From assembly GCA_944381365.1 (NCBI GenBank), contig CALWKW010000001.1, positions 279,100 through 343,099 on the forward strand: a stretch of 64,000 bases of DNA, given 5' to 3'. Below are positions 39,078 through 48,359 of the stretch, piece after piece (the stretch's first letter is position 1; each line of letters opens with the position of its first letter). A program made the translations under genes and the position numbers. The notes under the pieces were generated by a model, which saw nothing but the letters and a program-made list of their open reading frames with translations, had not been told where the DNA came from and did not search any database. The DNA is from an uncultured Christensenellaceae bacterium (GTDB taxonomy: Bacteria; Bacillota; Clostridia; Christensenellales; UBA3700).

Positions 39078-40505
39078 TTATATTTTTTGCCGTTTATTAA
39101 GTTGTTTTATAAGTTTTTGTTTATCTTTTTGTATTATGGTGGGCTTTAAGGAAGGAAGTTTTGTCGCTTTTGGTTTTGTACATAGATAATAACGGAGGGC
39201 ATCGAGTGCGTGGTCATCTTTTTTTATCGGTTTATCTCCCTTTCCCCACCAATAAGTTTTGAGTTCTCTTATAAGGTTTGTACAATTTGAAAATATCTTG
39301 ATTTTGTCTTCTGAAAAAAAACTTTTGACCTGAGCTATACCCGAAAAAAGCTGTTTGTTGACATTTGTATTGACGAGTATGTTTCTGTCATAAAAAAGTT
39401 CTGATACGCTTTTTTGACTTGCGAGAGTATGCTGATCCGCCGCACTGTCTATGAGTGCCGACAATCTTCCTTTTCCGTCTCTGTGCCAATTAAGTTTTTG
39501 AGCAAGTTCGTGAATTTTTTCTGCGTGATAATCTATGTCCTTTCCCGCCATATACCATTCCCCAACCACATACACGGTTCCGTCATAGTCCACCGCAAAA
39601 AACAAACACGCCAAAGGATTGTTGAGTCCCGGGTCGATAGAGATATTGTCCTGCCATTCAAAAGGGATATCAAAAGGCTCTATGACATGTCTGTTTTGGT
39701 CAAATTCTTTATAGACAATGCCTTCTGCCTCGCAAAATCTTCCGAATCTTCTCGAAGCAAGCGTATCTTCGTCAAGGCATTTAGAAAGAGCGTCAACCTC
39801 ATTTTTGTCAAGAAAAGGATTGTCCGCCCACTCTATATGTTCGTGCCATGTTTCATCGTCTTGTTTTGAATTGAGATATATCTCGTCATACACCCAAGTC
39901 AGTCCTTTTAGAGGTGTCATTGTGCCCCACACTTCGCCTCGTCTGTCCAAAACTCTCATTCTGCATTCGTCATAAATATCCTTTGGCGGCTCTTCGTCAA
40001 ACCACACAAAGTCAAGCGATGTTCCCTGAAATTTTTCTCTGCCTTGGTCACAGCTCTTAAAAGATATTTTGGACACTCCGCCAAATATGTTTTTTATGAG
40101 AATATAATCTATAATTCCGTATTCGGCAGATGCTTTTTTGCCTGACGACATTACAATATCTTCTATCCAATCGGGATTGAGATAACTCAAAAACTTGCTT
40201 TGAGCGACATCTCTTTGCACCTCATAAGACAAAGATACTATCCAGCCCGACACATTTTTTCTGTTTTGTCTGTACGGATGAATTCCTCTCGCCCACCATA
40301 CCGCTTCTACAGCTCCGCACTCTGTTTTTCCGCTTCTGTTTCCGCCAAAAACCCACCTGTTTCTTTTTTGACATTTATGGAATATGAGTTGTTTTTCATG
40401 GACTTTTTCGCCTGTATTATAATGCGATAATTTATCTCCCGCCTGCCTTCTTGCCTGTTCTTTTTCTATGGCTAGAATTCTTCCGAGTATTTGCTTTTCT
40501 GTCAT
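39078..40505 (-). CDS. terL: Phage terminase large subunit
   Basis: 475 aa with Walker A FGGNRSGKT, Walker B LDFVWFDEEP and a C-terminal RNaseH-like nuclease region (D-rich motifs). Confidence 0.9.
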   Translation of the reverse strand: MTEKQILGRILAIEKEQARRQAGDKLSHYNTGEKVHEKQLIFHKCQKRNRWVFGGNRSGKTECGAVEAVWWARGIHPYRQNRKNVSGWIVSLSYEVQRDVAQSKFLSYLNPDWIEDIVMSSGKKASAEYGIIDYILIKNIFGGVSKISFKSCDQGREKFQGTSLDFVWFDEEPPKDIYDECRMRVLDRRGEVWGTMTPLKGLTWVYDEIYLNSKQDDETWHEHIEWADNPFLDKNEVDALSKCLDEDTLASRRFGRFCEAEGIVYKEFDQNRHVIEPFDIPFEWQDNISIDPGLNNPLACLFFAVDYDGTVYVVGEWYMAGKDIDYHAEKIHELAQKLNWHRDGKGRLSALIDSAADQHTLASQKSVSELFYDRNILVNTNVNKQLFSGIAQVKSFFSEDKIKIFSNCTNLIRELKTYWWGKGDKPIKKDDHALDALRYYLCTKPKATKLPSLKPTIIQKDKQKLIKQLNKRQKI

Positions 40506-40608
40506 AATTCGTCATAATAAATCCACAATTTTTGATATATTGAACAAAATTGTATTGTAAAAATAATAAAATTAGAATATAATTAATATATTACTTAGCG
40601 AGGTTTGT

Positions 40609-41361
40609 ATGAAAAAACTTATACTTGTCACATTGCTTCTTGCCATGCTCATTGTACCCTGCATAAGCTGCGGTACTGCTTTGGCTGAAGAAGACGGAAA
40701 TATCTATTATTACACAGCGAGCGAAATCCCCGTGTTTTCCGACACACAAGGCGGAACTCCTCTTTACTATATCCCTTCGACCTATGCCTATAAATTTTTG
40801 AGCGAAGTACAAGACAGCGATTATATCAAAATCGAGTACAACGGCAAAGAAGGATATATCAAAAAAGACCGCCACAAAAAAGAAAATCAGGTAAAACTCG
40901 ATTGGAAAGACACTTATTACTACAACTTTACTTTCAGTATTACTCCCGAAATCGTCACTTTGTACAAATCATCTGACATAAACGCTTCGGGACAATATGT
41001 AAAAAGCTCTGTTGCTATCAACAAGGTTTACGGATACACCTATACCCTCAAAGATAATGTAAAAGAATTTTATTTTCTGATAGAGTTTACCAGCAATGAA
41101 GTAAAGGACACAAGGTATGTCAAAGCAAGCGATACCACATTAAGCGGATTCACATTGGACGAGATTCCTCAGAATGAGTATTATTTGCAAGAGATTACTC
41201 CCGAAACTCCAAGCGGCGATACCGATACCGGCAATACTGACGGCATCCAAGAGCCTACAAACAATCTCGAAAGATATCTTCTTATCACCGTAATAGCCGT
41301 ATTGTGCGTAATCATTGTGGTATTAATTTTTATTCCAAACAAGCACCGCAAAAATAACTGA
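40609..41361 (+). CDS. Secreted, C-terminally membrane-anchored protein with SH3b-like domains
   Basis: Signal peptide MKKLILVTLLLAMLIVPCISC, SH3-like segments (...DYIKIEYNGKEGYIKK...) and a C-terminal TM (LLITVIAVLCVIIVVLIFI) followed by a basic tail. Confidence 0.55.
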   Translation: MKKLILVTLLLAMLIVPCISCGTALAEEDGNIYYYTASEIPVFSDTQGGTPLYYIPSTYAYKFLSEVQDSDYIKIEYNGKEGYIKKDRHKKENQVKLDWKDTYYYNFTFSITPEIVTLYKSSDINASGQYVKSSVAINKVYGYTYTLKDNVKEFYFLIEFTSNEVKDTRYVKASDTTLSGFTLDEIPQNEYYLQEITPETPSGDTDTGNTDGIQEPTNNLERYLLITVIAVLCVIIVVLIFIPNKHRKNN

Positions 41362-41376
41362 CATAATTTTTTGCAT

Positions 41377-41408
41377 AAAAAAAGCCGTAGCAATACGGCT
41401 TTTATTCT
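41377..41408. terminator. Bidirectional intrinsic terminator
   Basis: AAAGCCGTA-gcaa-TACGGCTTT is flanked by an A-run and a T-run, between convergent genes. Confidence 0.85.
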
Positions 41409-41427
41409 TTTCGCCAAAATATTTATT

Positions 41428-42003
41428 CTAAATCATTGCACTGCTCTCAGCTTTTGCCTCCGATGCCATTGCCACATTTGCCATAGCACAGACAAATTGT
41501 TTTGTCTTGTTGTCGCAGGTATTTGCTTTGACAAGAGAATTTTTTTGAAGTTGAGCCATATTGACTTCGTTGAGTCTTATGAACAGGCTGTCTCTTGCAT
41601 ATCTTTTTTCCAGCCACGCTTCGTCATACCCTTTTGCTCTCAATATTGCCGAAAAAGATTTTATGGCAAAAGCATATCTTCTGAAGACAGTCCTAAGGCA
41701 TATTCCCAAAATATCTGCGATGTCTTCAAAACTTTTTTTGTCTATGTACTTCATTTCGAGGATCTGCCTGTATTTGGGTTTGAGGTCTGCAAGAGTGGTG
41801 TCCACAATCACTTTTGCGTTTATCAAAGCCTCCTTGCGTTTGTTGTTGTCGATAATTTTTTGCATAAGGTCTAATGTGTTGCCCGCATAGGAAAAACTGC
41901 CAAGAGCCATAGTCATTGTGTAAGAATCTATCGATTTGACTATCTTTGGCAAAATCCTATAAGATGCGAGAAGACTTTTGGACCACATCTCTTGATTCAT
42001 CAT
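41428..42003 (-). CDS. Sigma-70 region-4-type HTH regulator (ArpU/DUF1492-like phage late-gene activator candidate)
   Basis: YRQILEMKYIDKKSFEDIADILGICLRTVFRRYAFAIKSF is a region 4.2-like HTH. Start set at the ATG at 42003 (GGAGGTGAT upstream). Confidence 0.6.
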   Translation of the reverse strand: MMNQEMWSKSLLASYRILPKIVKSIDSYTMTMALGSFSYAGNTLDLMQKIIDNNKRKEALINAKVIVDTTLADLKPKYRQILEMKYIDKKSFEDIADILGICLRTVFRRYAFAIKSFSAILRAKGYDEAWLEKRYARDSLFIRLNEVNMAQLQKNSLVKANTCDNKTKQFVCAMANVAMASEAKAESSAMI

Positions 42004-42073
42004 ATCACCTCCGTTTACACTCAAAGTATATTACAAAGGGTTAGGGAAAATCAATCTTTTATGACAATATTTT

Positions 42074-42087
42074 TGAACATTTGTTCA
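42074..42087. promoter_or_regulatory. SOS-box-like palindrome TGAACATTTGTTCA (GAAC-N4-GTTC)
   Basis: A perfect 6-2-6 palindrome 71 nt upstream of the regulator start. It matches 11/14 positions of the Firmicutes LexA consensus CGAACATATGTTCG. An extra TGTTCA half-site lies at 42095-42100. Confidence 0.35.
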
Positions 42088-42240
42088 TATTTTTTGTTCA
42101 CATTCCTCAAACAATCACATATCCAAAAAAATTCAAAAATTTGATTTTGAATTGCATTTTTATCTCAAAAACCTTTTTGGGGCATTTAAATCTATAAATA
42201 AATTTGTTTATTATTCTTAAAATATTCAATATCTTTTGAT

Positions 42241-42273
42241 AAAAAAATCTCCCTGAAAGAATATTCAGGGAGA
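42241..42273 (-). terminator. Intrinsic terminator of parE-parC
   Basis: Minus strand reads TCTCCCTGAA-tattct-TTCAGGGAGA followed by TTTTTTT. Confidence 0.85.
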
Positions 42274-42327
42274 AAAATTTGTTTTAGACTTTGACTTTTC
42301 AATATCGATAAAATAATAAATATAATA

Positions 42328-44805
42328 TCAGTCTATTATATTGTGTCTTTTTGCGTCTCCGATAGTCATGATATTTTTGTCTTTTGACACTATCTTTATG
42401 ATATTCTTGCCTTTGTTTGCTCTGTCTTCGATACCTATCTGTTCGGTATTTATGCTCTTCACTTCGCCGTTTGGCAAGACGATAGCAAAATCATAAGGAG
42501 TCGTCACGACATCAATGAATACGCACTCGCCTATCTTGTTGTCGAATATTTTGTTGCCTTTTGCCATTCTCATTCTGGGTTCGATAGTGCCGAGTATAAT
42601 TCTCTTTGCGTATCCGCTGTCCATTACCAAGACTATTTCGCCGCTTGCGTCTGTGTGCGTAGCAAAAATAAGTTTGTCGTCATCATCGAATCTCATGAGT
42701 TTTACGCCGCTTGCCTTTCTGCCTTGCGTGGGAATATCGTCATAACTTGTAAGTGCCATGCCGTTTTGCGTAACAGACAAGATAAAGCCTCTTGCCTCTC
42801 TCGTTCCGTCATCGACTTCGGGCGGAGTCACAAGTTCGACCGCAACAAGTCTGTCGTCTTCGTCCTTGAAAGCCATTGCATTCGTCAATGATTTTTTGTC
42901 AAAAGTAAATTCCTCGAGATCGACATATTTTGCCATACCCATCTGTGTTATGAGCAAAAGCTTTTTGCCCTTGACTTCGCTTTCTGTAAATATCTGAACA
43001 AGTATGTCATCGCTGTCTACCTTGGCAAATTTGTTTACGCTTATGCCTCTGCTCTTCCACTTATCCTCTCCTAGAGCCGATACGGGGAATGTCACGGCAT
43101 TGCCTTTTGATGTGATACCAAAGAGCATTGCTTCGCTGTCAGTCTTTATTACCTTCTTGGACAAGTCTTGTGCATTGCAGTTGACGATACTCTTGGATGC
43201 GAGGTTGTATCCTTTGTCAAGCACGAATTTGATATTGCCGTTGTAATGCAATACTACAAAACCTTCTTTCTTGATTTTTGCGTTGAGGTCTACTTCTACA
43301 TCTGCGATAAGACTTTCGTGAATGATTTCGCTTTGTCTAGGCGAAGGATATTTCTTCTTGATTTCCAAAAGCTCTTTTTTGACCACATTGTATTGTTTTG
43401 TCTTAGAATTGGTGATACCCGTAAGATATTTTATCTTTTCCATCAATTCTTTTTGTTCTTCGAGCATCTTGTTTATATCGAGCTTGTTGAGTCTTTTGAG
43501 AGGTATATCCAATACGGCAATCGCTTGTTTTTCCGTAAGGTCAAATCTCATTCTCAATCTGTCTTTTGCTTCGGTATAAGTCTTGCTGTCAAGCACTATA
43601 TCCACTACTTCTCTGATGTTGTTTACGGCTTTGAGAAGACCTTCGAGAATATGCTCTCTCTTTTCTGCCACATCGAGGTCGTACTTGCTTCTTTTATAAA
43701 TGACTTCTCTTTGGAATTCTACATAATGCTTTATTATGTCCAAAAGTCCCAGCTGCATAGGACGATTGTTGACGATTGCGGTCATATTCGCACTGAAGTT
43801 TGTTTGCAAATCCGTCTTTTTGAGAAGGAGGGCTATCATAGTATCGACATCTGCTTCTTTTTTGAGCTTGATTACACAACGCATACCCGTTCTGTCGCTC
43901 TCGTCTACGATGTCCTGTATGTTGCCAAACAAATCTTTGTTGATATCTCTAAGTTCGTTTATTCTGCTGAGCAAACTTGCTTTGTTTACCTGATAAGGGA
44001 TTTCTGTTATGACAATATTTGTTCTGCCGCCCTCGTCTTCGGTATGAATTTTTGCTCTTACGACAATTTTTCCTTTGCCGGTAGAATATGCGTCATAAAT
44101 ACCTTGGTTGTCCACGATAATTCCGCCCGTGGGAAAATCGGGGGCAGGAATATATTTCATCATCTCTTCCAAAGATATGTCTTTGTTTTCGATATAAGCC
44201 ACTATACCGTCAATGGCTTCGCCTAGATTGTGAGGCGGGATATTTGTGGCAAGGCCTACTGCAATACCGTTGGCTCCGTTGACAAGCAAATTGGGCACCC
44301 TGCTCGGCAAGACTTCAGGCTCTTCGAGGCTGTCGTCAAAGTTGAGCATCATAGGAACGGTGTCTTTGTCGAGATCCCTCAGCATTTCGAGTGCAAAAGG
44401 CGTCATTCTCGCCTCTGTATATCTCATTGCCGCAGCACTGTCGCCGTCCACGCTACCAAAGTTTCCGTGTCCGTCTACCAGCAACATCTTTGTATTGAAA
44501 GGCTGTGCGAGCTTTACCATTGCACCATACACCGAGCTGTCTCCGTGAGGGTGATATTTACCAAGACAATCACCGACAATACGGGCAGACTTACGATGAG
44601 GCTTATCCGGAGTGGTGCCAAGCTCAAGCATTGTATAAAGAATTCTTCTTTGTACAGGCTTTAATCCGTCTTCTACTCTCGGCAATGCTCTGTCGAGTAT
44701 TACATACTCGCTGTAAGGGAGCATGGAATCATGCAGTACCTGTTCAAATGTACCGTCAATGATTTTGGAATTGTCTACTTCTTCTACCTTTTTGTTTTTT
44801 GCCAT
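42328..44805 (-). CDS. parC: Type IIA topoisomerase subunit A, ParC-like (topoisomerase IV)
   Basis: 825 aa with [19 protein letters not shown] and the active-site AAMRYTE motif. I could find no GyrA-box (QRRGGKG) in the C-terminal domain, which favours ParC over GyrA. Confidence 0.7.
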   Translation of the reverse strand: MAKNKKVEEVDNSKIIDGTFEQVLHDSMLPYSEYVILDRALPRVEDGLKPVQRRILYTMLELGTTPDKPHRKSARIVGDCLGKYHPHGDSSVYGAMVKLAQPFNTKMLLVDGHGNFGSVDGDSAAAMRYTEARMTPFALEMLRDLDKDTVPMMLNFDDSLEEPEVLPSRVPNLLVNGANGIAVGLATNIPPHNLGEAIDGIVAYIENKDISLEEMMKYIPAPDFPTGGIIVDNQGIYDAYSTGKGKIVVRAKIHTEDEGGRTNIVITEIPYQVNKASLLSRINELRDINKDLFGNIQDIVDESDRTGMRCVIKLKKEADVDTMIALLLKKTDLQTNFSANMTAIVNNRPMQLGLLDIIKHYVEFQREVIYKRSKYDLDVAEKREHILEGLLKAVNNIREVVDIVLDSKTYTEAKDRLRMRFDLTEKQAIAVLDIPLKRLNKLDINKMLEEQKELMEKIKYLTGITNSKTKQYNVVKKELLEIKKKYPSPRQSEIIHESLIADVEVDLNAKIKKEGFVVLHYNGNIKFVLDKGYNLASKSIVNCNAQDLSKKVIKTDSEAMLFGITSKGNAVTFPVSALGEDKWKSRGISVNKFAKVDSDDILVQIFTESEVKGKKLLLITQMGMAKYVDLEEFTFDKKSLTNAMAFKDEDDRLVAVELVTPPEVDDGTREARGFILSVTQNGMALTSYDDIPTQGRKASGVKLMRFDDDDKLIFATHTDASGEIVLVMDSGYAKRIILGTIEPRMRMAKGNKIFDNKIGECVFIDVVTTPYDFAIVLPNGEVKSINTEQIGIEDRANKGKNIIKIVSKDKNIMTIGDAKRHNIID

Positions 44806-44899
44806 ATTAATCCCTGTATGTATTTTGAGTATCCGACTTTATACATAGTATAAAAATCGTACTTTCTTTTTAATTGAATCAAAGCTGAATATCTATGTA

Positions 44900-46891
44900 T
44901 CAGTTGTCCGAAGACAAATGCTGTTCGGCAGCTTTTTTTGTCTCTATGAAGTTGTCCTGCTTATTGAAGTTTGCGTATTCAAAAATATATTCTCTACGCA
45001 TCTCCGCACCATCGCCCATAAGAGTGACAATCAATCTGTCCGCTTCTGCACTGTCATCGATAGACACTTTCATGAGCGAACGGCTTTTGGGGTCCATTGT
45101 AGTTTCCCAAAGCTGTTCAGGGTTCATCTCTCCGAGACCTTTATATCTTTGCAAGGTATAGTTTTTTCCTACCTTAGCAAGAATTTGTTGAAGCTGGTCG
45201 TCATCATAAGCATACTGAACATTGTTTTTTTCAGTAATCTTATACAAAGGAGGCATACCGATAAAAAGATGCCCGCCCGTGATAAGAGGACGCATATACC
45301 TGAAGAAGAAAGTCAAAAGTATAGCTCTTATGTGAGCACCGTCCTGATCGGCATCCGCAAGTATGATTACTTTATGATATTTGAGATTTGATTCGTTGAA
45401 ATCTCTGCCGAAGCCTGTGCCCAAAGCATTGATGATAGTCTTTATTTCTTCGTTTTTCAGAATTTCTTCCACTTTCTTTTTCTCGACATTGAGCGGCTTT
45501 CCTCTCAATGGCAAAATTGCCTGACAAGATCTGTCTCTGCCCTGTTTTGCACTACCGCCCGCACTTTCGCCCTCTACGATAAAAAGCTCGTTGAGTTCGG
45601 GCTTTCTGCCTGAGCAGTTTGCCATCTTGCCGATTAAGGCAGATGAAGACATGCTGTTGATGTTTCTTGCCACAGATTTTGCTTTTGCAGCACTCTCTCT
45701 CGCTTTTGCCGCTACCTTTGCTTTTTCAAATATAGCATCGATAGTATCCTTTTTTGCCTTGTTGAGATAGTCCTTTATGCCGTCCGTCAAAAGATTTTCG
45801 ACCAAAGTCTTTACTTCGGGATTGCCTAGTTTTGTCTTTGTCTGCCCCTCAAACTGCATATCCTGCATTTTTATTGTGAGTACAGCCGTCAAACCTTCTC
45901 TGTAATCTTCGCCGTTGAAGTTTTGTTGTTTGTCCTTAATGATGTTTTTTGCTCTTCCGAAATCGTTCAAAGCTCTTGTGAGTGCCGAACGAAAACCTGT
46001 CTCGTGCGTTCCGCCCTCAGTGGTAGGAATGTTGTTGACATAACTAAATACATCTTCTGTATAAGTATCGGTATGTTGGAAAGCAAGCTGAACGACAAAC
46101 ATTCCTTGCTTTTTCTCTATAAAAGCAGGAGGAGAATATTTTACGGTTTTTCCTTCATTAAGACTTACCACAAAATCGCTTATACCGCCTGCATAACAAT
46201 AATTTCTTACCTTAGGTCTTCCGCTTTCGGTAAGTTGTCTGTGATCGGTAAGCGAAAGTTTTACACCGCCGTTGAGAAAAGCAAGCTCTCTCAATCTCTT
46301 TGAGATTGTATCAAAAGAAAATTCTTCTTTGCCGAATACTCTTGAATCGGGTTTGAAAGTGACTTTTGTGCCTTTGAGTTTTTTCTCGCAAGGCTTTGAA
46401 GTAAGATCTTCCAGCTTTCTGCCGCTGGCGATTTCTCCGTTTTTAAGCTCGTAAGAATGGAATTTCATTGTGTACTGCATGCCGTTTTTGAATACATCTA
46501 CCGTGAGCCATTCGCTCAAAGCATTCGTGACAGACGCACCAACACCGTGCAAACCGCCGGAAACCGAATAATTTTTGTTGTTGAATTTTCCGCCTGCGTG
46601 CAAAACCGTAAATATAAGTTCTACCGCAGGGATTTTTTTCTGAGGATGAATGTCTACGGGAATTCCTCTTCCGTTGTCATATACACTTATTACATTGTCG
46701 GGAAAAATCTCAATTTCTATGGTATTACCATAGCCGTTGAGAATTTCGTCCATACCATTGTCTACTATTTCCCACAAAATGTGATGAAGTCCTTTTACTC
46801 CGGTAGTACCTATGTACATACCAGGTCTTTTTCTTACCGCATCGAGACCTTCGATGACATCAATGTCTTTTGCTCCGTAATCGTTTGCCAT
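44900..46891 (-). CDS. parE: Type IIA topoisomerase subunit B, ParE-like
   Basis: GHKL ATPase (LHHILWEIVDNGMDE), TOPRIM (ELFIVEGESAGGSAKQGRD) and PLRGK motifs. Start set at the ATG at 46891 (AGGAAG upstream). Confidence 0.7.
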   Translation of the reverse strand: MANDYGAKDIDVIEGLDAVRKRPGMYIGTTGVKGLHHILWEIVDNGMDEILNGYGNTIEIEIFPDNVISVYDNGRGIPVDIHPQKKIPAVELIFTVLHAGGKFNNKNYSVSGGLHGVGASVTNALSEWLTVDVFKNGMQYTMKFHSYELKNGEIASGRKLEDLTSKPCEKKLKGTKVTFKPDSRVFGKEEFSFDTISKRLRELAFLNGGVKLSLTDHRQLTESGRPKVRNYCYAGGISDFVVSLNEGKTVKYSPPAFIEKKQGMFVVQLAFQHTDTYTEDVFSYVNNIPTTEGGTHETGFRSALTRALNDFGRAKNIIKDKQQNFNGEDYREGLTAVLTIKMQDMQFEGQTKTKLGNPEVKTLVENLLTDGIKDYLNKAKKDTIDAIFEKAKVAAKARESAAKAKSVARNINSMSSSALIGKMANCSGRKPELNELFIVEGESAGGSAKQGRDRSCQAILPLRGKPLNVEKKKVEEILKNEEIKTIINALGTGFGRDFNESNLKYHKVIILADADQDGAHIRAILLTFFFRYMRPLITGGHLFIGMPPLYKITEKNNVQYAYDDDQLQQILAKVGKNYTLQRYKGLGEMNPEQLWETTMDPKSRSLMKVSIDDSAEADRLIVTLMGDGAEMRREYIFEYANFNKQDNFIETKKAAEQHLSSDN

Positions 46892-47025
46892 ATTTCTTCC
46901 TATAAAATTCCGAAAAATCGGTTCGCCCAAAGGCATTTGCTCAGTATTAATATATCAATTTTGATAAGCTATGTTTGTAATTAAGCTATTTTATAATTAT
47001 GTATCTTGACATGCTTTTTTCGATT

Positions 47026-47994
47026 TTATTCTTCATCATCGATAGATAAGTCATCTTGCAAATCCACTTGAGGGTTCAAAATATTTTCTATCCAATCAAG
47101 CACATCCTGATATACTTCTTCTTTATTAAGTTCGTTCAAAATCTCGTGTCTAGATTTGTTGTAAAGCTTTATGTCGATATTTTTCATATTGAGTCCGACA
47201 TACATATCATACAATTCTCTCACGAGTTTTCCCATATTGCCCACGGGGTCATTGTCTCCGCTTATGATAAACACAGGCAAATCTTTTGATATCGACTCAA
47301 GATTTTCTTTTTCATAGATTTTGCTCAAGCCGTCAAAGAAGTATTTATAAAATCCTATGGACATCGTATAATTGCAGAATTTGTCATTATTATACTTTTC
47401 ACAAGCATCGACATCTCTGTTGAGCCAAGCATTTGCTCTCTTTTCTTTTTTAAAAGGTTTGTCATAACCGCCGAAAGAAAGTTTTCTTATGAGATTTGCA
47501 GGCTTATCTTTTCCATACAATTTGAATTGCAGATTAGCCACAGCCTTGCCCATTTTGACATCGGGCGTATCCATTTTTGCCGAGCCGCACAATACACAGC
47601 CTTTTATATCCTTGCTGTGCTTTTCTATATAACCTTGAGCAAGGAAAGATCCATAACTATGTCCGAATAAGAATATCGGCAATTCGGGAAATTTATTTTT
47701 AAGATACTCTGTGAGTACAAAAGCATCGTCAATCGTATCGAAATAAGTATGTCCTTCAGGTACCTTGCCGAGATTTTCCTCCCCAGCCGTCAAACCATGT
47801 CCTCTGTGGTCATCTCCTGCCACCACAAAACCGTTTGTCGCCAAAAACGATGCAAACTCATCGTATCTGTCTATATATTCTACCATACCGTGAAGTATCT
47901 GAACTATTCCTCTTGGCGAACCTTCGGGAATCCAAAACGAAACGCTGAATTTATAGCCGTCTCGTCCGTTTAAAATTTCTTTAAATTTTTGCAT
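47026..47994 (-). CDS. Alpha/beta hydrolase (lysophospholipase/monoacylglycerol-lipase-like)
   Basis: HG oxyanion motif (ILHGMVEY) and nucleophile elbow GHSYGS. Start set at the ATG at 47994 (GGGGGAAA upstream). Acidic C-terminal tail. Confidence 0.8.
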   Translation of the reverse strand: MQKFKEILNGRDGYKFSVSFWIPEGSPRGIVQILHGMVEYIDRYDEFASFLATNGFVVAGDDHRGHGLTAGEENLGKVPEGHTYFDTIDDAFVLTEYLKNKFPELPIFLFGHSYGSFLAQGYIEKHSKDIKGCVLCGSAKMDTPDVKMGKAVANLQFKLYGKDKPANLIRKLSFGGYDKPFKKEKRANAWLNRDVDACEKYNNDKFCNYTMSIGFYKYFFDGLSKIYEKENLESISKDLPVFIISGDNDPVGNMGKLVRELYDMYVGLNMKNIDIKLYNKSRHEILNELNKEEVYQDVLDWIENILNPQVDLQDDLSIDDEE

Positions 47995-48142
47995 AATATT
48001 TCCCCCAACAAAATTATACATATACATTATATAGTATAATTACAAATTTTTCAACCCCAATTATTGTGTTTTTGTCAACTTTTTTAATATTTAATATTTA
48101 AAAACTCTTTAAAATCAGCTTATATTAAGATAATTTATTATT

Positions 48143-48157
48143 TTGAACATTGTTCAA
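48143..48157. promoter_or_regulatory. Palindrome copy 1: TTGAACATTGTTCAA (7-1-7)
   Basis: A perfect 15-bp inverted repeat in the 520-bp hydrolase/murG intergenic region. Confidence 0.4.
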
Positions 48158-48330
48158 TAGTTTTATTACTGATATATATTTATATCTTTATACAGATTCT
48201 TTCCTCTATAAAAAACTATAAAAATTTGTCATTCTTGCTTTAATTAAAAATATACTGCCCTAATCAATCCATTAAATTTGCCATATTATAACAGTAATAA
48301 AGATATATTTATATCTTTAATTATAAAATT

Positions 48331-48359
48331 TTGATAAATTGAACACTGTTCAATATATT
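48331..48359 (+). promoter_or_regulatory. Candidate murG promoter TTGATA-17-TATATT whose spacer is palindrome copy 2 (TTGAACACTGTTCAA, 48339-48353)
   Basis: Hexamers with exact 17-nt spacing. The 15-bp palindrome fills the spacer, an operator-over-promoter geometry, about 190 nt upstream of the murG ATG. Confidence 0.4.

Larger units (their letters stand above)
30375..42003 (-). mobile_element. Phage-derived island: head/short-tail morphogenesis + holin operon plus regulator (defective prophage, satellite or domesticated particle)
   Basis: Contiguous co-directional terL, portal, scaffold-like, MCP, small structural ORFs and two holins, plus a divergent SH3-like gene and a region-4 HTH regulator. 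No integrase or replication genes. Both flanks are core genes. Confidence 0.75.

Noticed and set aside
30261-42327. att-site-like direct repeats bracketing the phage-like island.
   Set aside because: By eye, only short AT-rich matches of up to about 9 nt (e.g. AAAAATTTG) are shared between the 30261-30374 and 42025-42327 borders. This is not distinguishable from chance, and an exhaustive alignment is still worth running.
42328-46891. Calling the topoisomerase pair gyrB-gyrA.
   Set aside because: Subunit A has KPVQRR and no detectable GyrA-box in the C-terminal domain, which points to ParC/topo IV. The distinction remains tentative without a phylogeny.
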